A model generated the notes under the pieces. The model searched no databases, was not told where the DNA came from, and saw only the letters and a program-made list of their open reading frames with translations. The translations under genes and the position numbers were made by a program. A stretch of DNA of 64,000 bases from Epiperipatus broadwayi (Eukaryota > Animalia > Onychophora), in assembly GCA_028023455.1 (NCBI GenBank), contig JAQFVV010000006.1, positions 18,476,001 through 18,540,000 on the forward strand. Reading direction: 5' to 3'. Positions 25,970 through 37,624 of the stretch are shown in pieces. Position 1 is the stretch's first letter, and each line of letters opens with the position of its first letter.

Positions 25970-26480
25970 ATTAGATGTGATATGAGGGACTATTTCCATA
26001 ATCTATGAGTGAATGTTGAATGTATAGGAAATTTTGAACTTTATTTAAACTTACCAAATACCAACAACTTGTTAGTAATAACACACAAATAGACAATACA
26101 GGTTAGTAATTGCATGTTTTGAGTAGTACTATTCTCCACTCTTCTTCAAGTGTTGCTGGCCTGATATGCACAGTGATCGTATTCGCATAGAAGTTGAACT
26201 CGCACCTTTAGATTCTTGAATATTGAATTTCAAGAATCTAAAGGTGTGAGTTCAACTTCTATGCAAATACGTCACTGTGCATATCAGGCTAGCAACACCT
26301 GAAGAAGAGTGAAGAATACTACTACTCAAAATGTGTACTTACTAACTTGTGTTGTCTATTTGTGTGTTATTACTAACAAGTTGTTTGTATTTGGAAAGTT
26401 TAAATAAAGTTTAAAATTTTCTATACACTCCATATTCATTCATAGATGATGGAAATAATCCAACATATCACATCTAATAA
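25970..26480. mobile_element. About 250-bp-arm inverted repeat (8-nt spacer 26221-26228), probable PLE pLTR with decayed HHR
   Basis: Arms mirror each other clearly. + arm has CTGAAGA A GAGT...ACTC AAAA (26299-26331); - arm has TTGAAGA A GAGT...ACTC AAAA. Confidence 0.65.
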
Positions 26481-28249
26481 TATACCATCATCACAAACCT
26501 TCAGACAAATAGTAATTATTTCTTGATTTAACATATATGTTGTGCATGTATATGCACACATTGATGTTTACATATTTTAACCTGACAAAATAAAAAGTTA
26601 TTCAAAATGTACTTTCCATAATTAATTCCTTGGTTAATATTAAGAGTACATAAAATTCACATATGTATGTGTAATATATAAAATATAATTTGAATAAGCT
26701 ATTAAATTTTATTACAGCTTTTTTAAAAAAAGTATATCAATTTTTGACAGAAAAGTTCTTTTTTTTAATCAGGTAAGTCTTAAACTAATTATAATTTACA
26801 TTTTTTAAAAAGAAAATAGTCACTTTTATGACAGGTCCCATTTTGATTGTTGGTTAATTAATTATCAACCATTTTAAAATTAATTTAAAAGATTTGCTTT
26901 TTGATATGCTTGTATTTTTTAAAAAATAGATTTTAAAATGATATTCTATATATGTCTTCTCTAAATCATTTTAAAATATCTTTTAAATATTAATTCTGAC
27001 TTGTAAAGTTGTTTTTTTCTTAAATCCAAGCAGAGCTATTTATTTGCATTATTTTTTTTAAATATAAAGTTTAAACAATTTAAGATAATACTGTTCTATA
27101 TTATTTATATATCTAATTTTTAAAAATGTTATTTCATATCAAAGAATATTAAAATGAAATAAGTCACTGTATATACATGTAACATGTTTATCTGTAGATC
27201 TCTGCATTTATAGATAAATAGGAATATAGTATATCAATTCCTCAAGCTTCTCTTGGTAAGCTTGGTTTTTGGTCCATCATCAAATTGTCATCATCAGGAA
27301 AGTATGATTCAGGTATGGTTGGCATTCTCCCTTCTGTCTAGAGCTTGATGAGCTTAGGCCAACAAACTAATCCTATGTCAGCTATAGATGGATATAAAGA
27401 AGTTGGGTCTTCCTTCAAAGTATATATCTAAATCCTAACATGATGTATTAGTAGACTGCAGCTTGATCTATTTTGAATTCAGCTACATCTGATTCATAGT
27501 AGCTATTCTTCCCACTCTCTACTACAACCAACAACAAACCGCAGCTCTATTTTGGTTCGCTAATTGCTGTCACTTGCTCAAAAATTTTACTAGCCAAACT
27601 CTTCAAACACTAAAACCAGACTGTTCTTTTCAAAAACTGCTATCCACACTTTGTTGCTAACTCTTAGCTAACTGCTTCTCAAAAAAAAATTACAAACCAG
27701 GCTAAAATATTTTTTTTTACCCAACCCTTTTATAGACTTGGATTGAGGGTGATAACAACACATTACAAACTGTTTTCAATCTATCTAATCTTGATTAAAA
27801 ACAATTTTAATTAAAAGCTACTTTTAGATTTTTACTGAAATATGTGATATACAAAGATTTTTAAAAATAGATAATTTACCAATTAAGTAAAAGATTTCAA
27901 AAGTACTTGATAGAAATTTTTACAATTATCAAAAACATGCTTGTTTTTAAATTTCAAAATCAGAATAATAATAATAATTTATTTAGACCTTTTTAAATGT
28001 TTTAATTTATATTAAAATTCTGTTTTTAAATCCAGATTTATTGAACCCTTTACAGTCTTTATTATTCCAAGTGAAATGTAGAAAATATCTACAAAAATTT
28101 ATCAGTGTTTATTTCTACTTTTCCTTTACTTTATATATATGTGCACACACACAACCATGTTGCTGTATGCCATGTAACTCAACTGATTACAATATATCGT
28201 AACACACAGGAACAGGTTTTTATGTCATATGATAATAGATTAGCTAGGG

Positions 28250-28646
28250 CAGGGGTCCCTAACCCTATGCCTGTGGGCACCATTGGCGCCCATAGACCAT
28301 TTTACATGTGCCCACCACTATCTGAACATGATAAATTATTTATCTGATACAAATAAATTTAATTTTTAAAAGTTCTTATAAATTATTGTATTATATTGTA
28401 ATCAAATTGTAGGGCATACTATACTTTTACAGCATAAAAATATAAACGTTAATTATATGTTAAAATTTTATTTTTGAAATAAATATTTTTTTGTACATTA
28501 TGTGTATTATTAACAATATCCAACTATAAATTTATATTGAAAAAATAAATGATGCCCGCCATCTGGTTGAAAAAAATAAATGGTGCCCGCCACCTGGCAG
28601 GTATTATAGAATGTGCTCTTAAGTGCAAAAAGATTGGGGACCCCTG
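28250..28646 (+). mobile_element. hAT MITE, 397 bp
   Basis: TIRs CAGGGGTCCC...GGGGACCCCTG; exact 8-bp TSD AGCTAGGG (28242-28249 and 28647-28654). Confidence 0.95.
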
Positions 28647-29199
28647 AGCTAGGGCATCATAGTGTATGGGGTATTAATACTCAAAAGTATATCAAACTTT
28701 ATCCATATACTCATCTCATTCTTATCTTTAATTTCCATTATTCCCAGATTTTAAACTCAGGAAGACTCTGCATAATTGTCTAGTTTAGGGTATACTTAAT
28801 TTGCAATTATGTACAAACATGTAAATGTGTGAGAATATATGACAAAAAATGAATATGGATAGATATAAACGATAATCTTTACTTTAAATATATATATATT
28901 TAACAAGTTTATTTACAGTAAGCATAAAATTTAACAACGAAATTTATAACAAAATATAAATAATTTAATTTAACATTGATGAATATTCTTTGGTTATCAT
29001 TATTTTTAATCATTGATTCAACCCTTATTACCCTCAGAGAATAATCATTAGATGTCCAAATTAACACGATAGAAAATTATTGTACAACATAGGATTGTTT
29101 AAATCATCCTTGCTTGTTAAATTATTTTAATAATTTATTACTTCCACTAACTTGGTAGATTAATTCACATCAACCATAGTTGATGTTATGGGATTCCCC

Positions 29200-29660
29200 T
29201 GCTATAGTGTTTGATTATGATTCACAGATGTGGTAAGAACTTGGCACTTGTTTTTAAATTAAGTGCTAAATGGATATTTTTGATTTGCATGAAGTAAAAA
29301 TTTGGACAGACTGATGTGCTGAAATTATATGTTTTATTTATGAGGTCAATTTGATTTTGGATTGGTAGACCAATATTAAAAAATGTCATGCTTTTATTTT
29401 TGGAGAATTGTTTCATGAAATGTATATTTATATAATTAGAAAAAGAAAAAATTGGAGGCTGCAGAGATGTGAATTTGAAAAAGGATATTGTTAAAGATGT
29501 AGACTTGATGAATGGGGAGAGAGTTTATTTATTGAAAAATAAGAAATTGAATAAGAAGGGGGTGTTTAGGAAAATACTGCGGAGAATGAGAGAAAAAATG
29601 TTGAAAGAAGAAAGTGATGTGACCATAAGTAAAAAAAATAGTTGTGCTTGCTGAACAAGA
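29200..29660 (+). mobile_element. RTE-type LINE RT C-terminal relic
   Basis: Degenerate FPAIVFDYDSQMW (cf. FPVLLYGSETW) and a downstream basic segment; many stops. Confidence 0.4.
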
Positions 29661-30699
29661 AAGCAAATGGTAGAGTCCTCTGGCAGTCAAACTTCTAATG
29701 TACTCCTAAGCAACAAAGTCATTTTAAGAAGTCATGATTTATGTGTGAAAACTGGCTTTTGAATGAAGACTGTTGAGGTTATTGTAAATACAGTAAAGCA
29801 GAAAATTAATCCTATGTCAATATACACAACTTCAATTGCTTACGAATAAAAATATAATTAGGATTCATGCATTTTATGAAATGTCAGCAGCCATTTTCTA
29901 TCTTGGTGCACCATCATTGTTTCTGTTGAAAGCACATAGATTCTTCCTTATTTTTTCTGAATTTGATGTACACTATTCCCCATCATAAAATCATAATTTT
30001 GAAATCACTTCTTCATAATCTTAGTTATGTTTGTTATTAAGGTAAATGCTGAACAGTCTAAAGTAATGATCAATGGATTTTCTCAGAAGAAAAAAAAACC
30101 CTGTAAAACATACAATAATTACAATATAGCACAGTTATATAGTATTTTAACAAGGTATTCTAATGATCTAATTATATATTTTTTTAGTGGAGTATCACTC
30201 CTAACATTTAAGCCTAAATTGGATCCAATAAAGGATCTTGAGATAAAAGAAATAAAGCCCATTATGTTTAGTATTATTAGAAAAATAATTATACAGCTTA
30301 GCGCTTTCGGAGAATGTAGGTCTCCATATTCATAGCCTATCTTGGGAGCGAAGGTGAAATAAATACAAGGATTTTATTTCAAAGCCCATTATGGTAAATA
30401 TTATCTAGCTATGCTACGCAGTGATTGCACTTGCTTCTCTTTCTCCAGTGTTAATGAGGTTGATTAATAATTGATTAGTTTGTGAAGAATTAAAAGTTAT
30501 TGGCTACAAAACTCTTGGTAAGATTCTTAATACAGATGGAAACGTAAGGGATGAAATTTATCATAAAATTGAACTTGGATGGTGTTTTTTGTTAGAAATA
30601 ACAGTGTTAAAAAGAAATATGTCTATGTGTTTAAAAAGGAATGTTTTTAATATGTGTTTTACCAGTTTTTACTTATAGATCTGAGACCTGGGATATATA

Positions 30700-30970
30700 T
30701 GTTACGTATAAGAAGAAAAAATTGAAGACAAATACATGGATAAGAGAATAGCAGGTATTGTTGACATCATTAGAAGAATGGAAATGAAGGTGACTGGAGA
30801 AATTCCTACAAGGCATGATAACACATGGACAGATGAAATCTTAAATTGAATCCCAGGAAATTGGGAAAGATCTTGAGAGAGAAAGACCACATGGAAGATG
30901 GATTAATGAAATAAAGAAGTTTGTTGGTATTGTCTGGAAAAAAAGAGATTATAGATTGAGAAAACTGGAT
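30700..30970 (+). mobile_element. RTE-type LINE 3' relic
   Basis: Reads IAGIVDIIRRMEMKVTGEIPTRHDNTWTDEILN*IPG (cf. WRWAGHIARRxDNRWT..ILEW.P). Confidence 0.5.
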
Positions 30971-33471
30971 TAAACTTGGGAGACCTTCATGATAATGTTT
31001 TATTATTTTATATTTACATACAAAACGTTTCAATTCATTCACAAATACCAACACATTTTTGTTTAGATTCTTTGACTCAAGTTTCTTGAATAAATTTTTA
31101 ACAGAATAAAGTTTGTAAAAAATTATGTTGCAGTCATTTGAATGGATCTGCAACTATGGTATTTGAATATCAAGGATATATTTGTGTTATAAGTATAGCG
31201 AAAATATGTTAATAGAGTTGGTTAAATTTAGTTTGAGATTAGTACAATTATTAGGTTTAAATTTTACATCTTTAATTTTACTTAGAATACATATTATTCT
31301 GGTTAAATAGATATAATCAATCTTACAGTCTAATGTATTACTGCAGAAAAATGTTAAAAATGGCCGGATGTGTTTTTGTCATTTATGGCAAAAAAATTAC
31401 ATTTTTGGTATGGGATTGGAGACAAACAAAAGAAGATATCTAGCAATTAATCAAATTAATTGAAGAATGATAAACTTCATCTTAATGTTAAAAAAATGTT
31501 ATATATACATAAACTGCCATACGATTTGATTTTTTTAGGATATCCTGTTGAATGTGCTGTAAATAAAAGTAATAAGATTCTCGAGAAGATATGGATGATT
31601 AATTAATAATACGGAAATTATATGTTATTAATTTCGGGTGATACTTAATGTCATAATATGTGTTATGAAACTAATTGTTTATTCCATGTCTACATGTGTA
31701 TCTTTTGATTTTGTTAACTGGTCTCCATTGAGATTGATATGTAAATGTCCTTTTTTTTTTGTAAATGATTCTTATGGATTGTAAATAAACCTTCCTTTTG
31801 AAAGATAAACTTCAAAAAATTGCTAGGCCAGGTTTTCATTACAGATCATCGTTATCAAACTAACAATAATTTAGTTTAGCAATTTTAAGTATATATATAT
31901 GCTTAAGTAATTAAAAAATATATACCTATTATAAATTTAAAAAAAAAATAGTTCGCAGTATTTCAATTTATAAGTGGTGTATTTATATGTTTCCTAAACT
32001 AAATTATAATCTAGCTTTTAATAATACTTTTTTGAAATTTTATTAACTCTTATGGAATATTATTTTACTCAGGTTAAAATTTTTTAATTCGTTATATATT
32101 TACGCATATATATATAATGATGACATCTAGATTCGAATGCTATAAATAAACATTGAACAAACTTTGACGTAGTCTGTGACTTTTGAAACAGATTTGGTTT
32201 TTAAAATTATTGTTGCTTATTCAAAATGTAATCTCATACATGTATCCATGAGTATAGAATTCCAATTCATTATCAAATTATTAATTAAGAAGTCAATCAT
32301 AAAATGATCAATAAAAGAAAGAGAATTTATTTTTTCAATATCAGTCTTTATTGTCAGTACTTTTTAAAATATATATAATAAAAGTAACACTATCGTGAGT
32401 AATTTTTTTAAAATTAATGAAATTGTTTCAATAGTGTGGTGTTGTTTTTTTTTTTTTCACAATAAATATTTTCAATAGATTTTGTGTTAAAGTTCTTTTG
32501 TTCTAGTTATATAATTTTTTTCCTAGATGGCAGCACTGATCATTTATTTCTGAGATAAGAAAAAATAAATAGTAAAAAGTGTACATTATTTGAAATGTTT
32601 ATCTGAAGATCAAATAATAATAAAATAAAAAGTATTTTTTAAAAAACTATTTCATTAATAAACATAATCAGATTTGGAAAAAAAAATTAGATAATGTGTA
32701 TTTATATAAACCTTTTTGTTATTGTGAAGCCTATTTTTATATTTGCCTATGTATATATTAGAGCAAAAAAGATCATATCTATAAAATTATAAACCTGTAC
32801 TATAATAATAGTAGTAATTGAAATAAAACTGTTAAAGATTTACTAGATAACGAGGATGGGGCATACTGCAAAATAGGAATTAATAAAATTAGAAATGATA
32901 TAATAATACCCTCTTTCACCCTCATAACCGTTGCATTTGGTTCCAAATCTTTCCGTGAGTCCTGAAAGTGTAAATAATAACAAAACATACGTAGTACACG
33001 TTTAACATATATCTATAATGCAATTTAGTTCAGAAAATGGAACATCAATACAACAACAAAATAATTAGAATAATGTAGTTATGAAAAGACACTACAGTAA
33101 TCGAAATAGAGAAAGTAATTATTTGGCTGATTGAGTAAACACTAAATTTATTGCACAAGACAAAAAAAACGGCTGAGAGGAGAGTAATAAGGACATACGT
33201 ATGGTCACAAGAATAGATTTTTTTTTTTTAATGTTTTTTTTTTAAACCATGAATGGTAAGTCCGCTGATGTGAGGGGATTGTTGTATGTTATCAATCTTT
33301 GATAATTAATAGACAGCAGTAATAATAAATTAAAGTAAAATAGTATAAGAGAAAAATTACTAAGCAAAAAAAGTAATAATTTTATAGCCATTTTAAATTA
33401 TTTTTGTTAAATTTAAAAAAAAAAAAGATCAGATATTAAAGTTGTATTTGTTTTTTGTTTTTTTTTAATAG

Positions 33472-33622
33472 ATACGTTCTTCTAGTTTAGATCGTAATCG
33501 GAATAGTAATGAAGAGCGAGGATTGTTATGGGTATTAGATGAAGAAGCCATTTTCCCAGGATCTTCTGATGAAAGTTTTATTGACAGGGTATTAACACTA
33601 CACCAGCAACAAATCAAAAAAA
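33472..33622 (+). CDS. Myo18: Myosin-XVIII exon E
   Basis: Poly-T + tag acceptor, A|gtaaga donor. Encodes IRSSSLDR...EERGLLWVLDEEAIFPGSSDESFIDRV (MYO18A: [25 protein letters not shown]). Confidence 0.93.
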
Positions 33623-33851
33623 GTAAGAGCTTTATAATTGATAAACTGCATGTTTTTGTGTGATAGTGATTTTATTTTAGATGATAAGCCTAAGTCTATC
33701 CATGTATGAGAATGAATGCACGTGGAAGACATGGTAAAATTGAAATTAGTTGTATTCTGATTATAAGTGTTCTATCCACCAGTCTGACTGTGCCAATGTT
33801 ATATCCGCAAGTATGACTGTGCGGTCAGCAAATAACTATGTTCAATTCCCA

Positions 33852-34033
33852 CGATGTTCTCTTGCAACGAATGCTCTGCTGTGGATGCTCTCCAACGAAT
33901 GGTCTGCAACGAATGCTCTGCCACGGATGCTCTGCAATGAATGCTCTCCAATGAATGGTCTGCAACGAATGTTCTACAATGGGAATGCTCTGCAAACAGA
34001 TGCTTTCCAACGAATGGTCTGCAACAAATGCTC
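33852..34033. repeat. 14-bp minisatellite (gaatgctctgcaac), about 13 degenerate copies
   Basis: Successive units gaatggtctgcaac, gaatgctctgccac, ggatgctctgcaat, gaatgctctccaat...; GC- and CpG-rich relative to the flanks. Confidence 0.9.
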
Positions 34034-34533
34034 TCAATATCTCCGCTGCGGTCTCCCCATCTCTGTGGGCTCTTTCAGCTACACCCATAGACTACATTTC
34101 CACTGGGCGCTGGTCATTAACTGCAAGCACTGATGCGAGATATCTCTACTGTAGTTGTACTCAAATCACTGCCTACTCAAATACTGCGTGACTGCTCTCT
34201 ACTGGAGTTGTCCTCTAATTACTGCCCTGTGTAGTTGTTACCCAGTCTTCTTATCATTTTCTGCTAACTGCAACATTGTCCAATAAGGCACGGTCTCTTA
34301 TCTAGAAATATTTGCAATCAGCAAATATTTCTTGGAATTGTCGATCGCCATTATGTCAATGTCTTAGTTAAATTTCACAGTTATCGGTGCGCGATCTAAA
34401 ACAACCTCTCGAATAAATCCTAGTTTTTCTGGAGTGCACAAACATGTCTGCCATTTTTACAAAATTCTACAATAAGCATTCAGTTAGATTGCAAGTATTA
34501 AAATTAGAAAGGAATAAAAATCCTTATGCTGCT

Positions 34534-35283
34534 CTTCCATAAAATAGTAATAAAAAAATGATTATAATTTGTTACAACTGCTATATAATCAAATAATAAT
34601 TTTATACATAAAAAGCATTTTTCAGCACCTGCTTTGGTGCCCTACATTAACAAATCACCTGATATAAAACCATCCAGTGTCCAATAACGGAATTAAAACA
34701 AACAAGAATAATATAAATAATTAAAACAAATCAAAACCCTCATATATAAATTCAATAATTACAAAACAATTGATTATATCGTAACAATATGTTAAACAAT
34801 ATTACATGCATTTTTTATACAATTGTATATATCAACTTATATAATTTTCCATTCATTTTTAATCAACCAATTATTAACCAAATTTATAGAAGTCTAATAA
34901 ATATTCATACAATTCATACAATAATTGGTTGATTAAAAATGAATGGAAAATTATATAAGATGATATATGTAATTGTATAAAAAATGCATGTAATATTGTT
35001 TAACATATTGTTATGATATAAACAATTGTTTTGTAATTATTGAATTTATATATGAGGGTTTTGATTTGTTTTAATTATTTATATTATTGTTTGTTTTAAT
35101 TCTATTATTGGATACTGGATGGTTTTATGTCAGATGATTTGTTAACGTTATATAGATTAGTAACATTTGAAAAGGGTGGTACTTAAAGCATGTACTGAAA
35201 AAAAATTTTTATGTATAAAGTTATTATTTGATTATATAGCTGTTGTAAAGAATTTTTATTATTTTTTGATTATTATTGGAAGT
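34534..35283. mobile_element. Foldback (about 340-bp arms), probable PLE 3' end with inverted copy
   Basis: Arms 34534-34875 and 34921-35283. Minus strand ends TSINLVNNWLIKNEWKII* (PLE-like terminus). Decayed HHR-like TTGAAAA..GGTAC/GTACT GAAA at 35167-35200. Confidence 0.6.
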
Positions 35284-35383
35284 GTTGTATCATCAAAATT
35301 CTTTTAATATGGTTGATAAAAATTTAAGAATATTTCTCTTACAGAATAATGAGAAAATAATAGTAAAAATCGATACTTACGTA

Positions 35384-35650
35384 CTAGTCCTATGACACGG
35401 AGCACATATTAGACATGCTGCACCTATTCACATACATATCAATCTGCTGATAACTTTGTAATCTGACCAAAATAACGTGTATGCAAATCTTATACATGAT
35501 GTTTTTGAAAAAAATTATGAAAATAATATGTATATGGATGGATCTTTTATACATGATATTTTTCCAAAGATTTACAAACTTATTGGCAAGTTGAATACGT
35601 ATGTAAATAGGTGCATCATGTCTAATATGTGCTCCATGTCACAGGACCAA
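35384..35650 (+). mobile_element. MITE with about 55-bp TIRs and probable TA TSD (Tc1/mariner-like, tentative)
   Basis: ta|ctagtcctatgacacggagcacatattagacatg... mirrored by ...catgtctaatatgtgctccatgtcacaggaccaa|ta. Confidence 0.8.
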
Positions 35651-35654
35651 TACA

Positions 35655-37600
35655 CACTATAAATAATTTTTAAGCAAGTAGTATGAGATACCAATAAACA
35701 AAAAATCATAAAATCGGTAAATTTCAACATTTTTGGAGCGTATTTTACCAGAAACATATACGATTTTCACAGAAGAAATATACATTTAATATATATTAAC
35801 GGGGTAATTTTTAAGCAATTCCCTGATGTATAATTAAAAAAAGAATGAAATATATATGGCGTTTTCAATAAATATGTATGAAATTTAGAAAAAAAAGTAT
35901 AAAATGTACTACCAATTTTAATTGGCAAATTACAAACTAAATAATTTTTAAGCAATTAATACGAGACCCCATTAAACAAAAAGCCATAAAATCGGTAAAT
36001 TTTAACAAGGTGCTTGTCTTATAGCTAAAGATGCCGTTGGATGGCACTGTTTTCATGCTAAAACTATAAAATATGAACATTCACGGGCTGTTGATTTTAA
36101 TAATTTTTCAGCGCTTTTTTGTAATGCGAAAATAAAAACAAAACAAAATCGTCTTTTTTAAATATTATTTTTTATTAACGTATACAATTTAAATGATAAT
36201 AATAAATGTAAAATAAAATCAACAAATTACAATTTGATTCATGTTTTTTATATCGTATACTTTTTAAATTGTGTTATGGCTTTTTTTTTTATCAATTTTC
36301 TATCGGATATTTTTTTACTTGTGTTAGGGCTTTTTTTTTTTTATCAATTTTCTATCGGATATTTTTTTACTTGTGTTACGACTTTTTTTGTTGTTGTTTA
36401 ACTAAAAAATAATAATCATAATAAAAGTAAATGTTGTTACGGTTAGATTTAGGGTTAGTTTTAGGTTTAGTGTTCTGTTGTTTGTAATGCTAAAATAAAA
36501 AAATTCAAAATCATAATCATACTCAGAAAAAAGAAATAAACTGAAACTTTTTTAAACAACAACAAACACATACAAATGTCTTCTTTACTTATTAAACATG
36601 TTTATAATATTTGCTTTTTATGAAATTTACAAAAAAACCTGTATATTTGGACTTTTCTTACTGGATATTTTTTTTCGTACCGCTCTTTTTTACTTCAAAA
36701 ATATACAGACGGTAGAATCTTCTTTGTCTCGTGGAATGTTACTAACAGTATGTTACTTGACACGTTACCTAATTGCAACTCAATAAAAACATAGATATTT
36801 AACATTTTCCCAAATAAAAGTTCAATACAGTACGTTGTAAAAAGTCTTATAATTATTGCTTTAAAAAATCTGAACATTTCAATAGTTTAAAATAAAAAAA
36901 AATCCAATGAAAACAATATTTCAATACAATTCAAATACAAACTCTCTCATCAAGCCATAATTATTTTATAAATTGTGCGAATTCGGAAAATGTATTTGCT
37001 GCTATGCGACATACATGCTATACTGTGACGCGACATAGTGGCCTGCATTCTGTAGCATAACAAAAAAGTTGTATTATAGAAAATGCGGGTTCGAATGTGT
37101 CGGCCACGGAAACAGCATTTTTATGTGTTTTGGCACGAAAACCGCGCCATAGAGCGGCATCTTTAGCTAAAAGATGAGTACCTTCAACAATTTTGGAGCC
37201 TAGTTCATCAGAAACATATACAACTTTCACAGGCGAAATATACATTTAATATATATTAATGGGGTAATTTTAAGTAATTCCCTGATATATCATTTAAAAA
37301 AGAATGCAATACATGCGGAGTTTTCAGATGAAAAAGTATAAAATGTATTACCAATTTTAATCAGCAAATTAAAACTATAAATATTTTTTAAGCAATTAAT
37401 ATACATTTAATATATATTAATGGGGTAATTATTAAGCAATTTCCTTGTACATAATTAAAAAAAGAATGAAATACATGCAGTGTTTTCAATAAACATATGC
37501 GAAATTTAGATGAAAAAGTTTTATATTTTACTACCAATCTTAATTGGCAAATTACAAACTAAATTACTAAAATTTCTAAAATATTATTCCAGAAAACATA
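35655..37600. repeat. About 278-bp tandem (satellite-like) array interrupted by a DNA transposon
   Basis: atcggtaaatt recurs at 35713 and 35991; the unit resumes at 37185 (ttttggagc...cagaaacatatac) and repeats partially to about 37560. Confidence 0.75.
36007..37184. mobile_element. Non-autonomous DNA transposon with about 80-bp TIRs, unclassified
   Basis: aaggtgcttgtcttatagctaaagatgccgttggatggcac... vs ...gcgccatagagcggcatctttagctaaaagatgagtacctt; probable 4-bp TSD (T/C)AAC. Confidence 0.7.
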
Positions 37601-37624
37601 AAATATACACATATTATTTATATA

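Noticed and set aside
27255-27305. CTGATGA motifs here (-) and at 6146, 21215 (-) and 25035 (-)
   Set aside because: They lack a convincing stem II + GAAA + stem I combination; the heptamer alone is expected by chance.
33750-34133. 127-aa Cys-rich ORF and overlapping ORFs
   Set aside because: Produced by translating a 14-bp (non-triplet) minisatellite.
35477-35662. Apparent protein homology between this ORF and the minus strand at 41.7 kb
   Set aside because: Explained by two copies of the same non-coding MITE.
36441-36470. Interstitial telomere
   Set aside because: Only about 30 bp of degenerate TTAGG(G) inside a TIR element.
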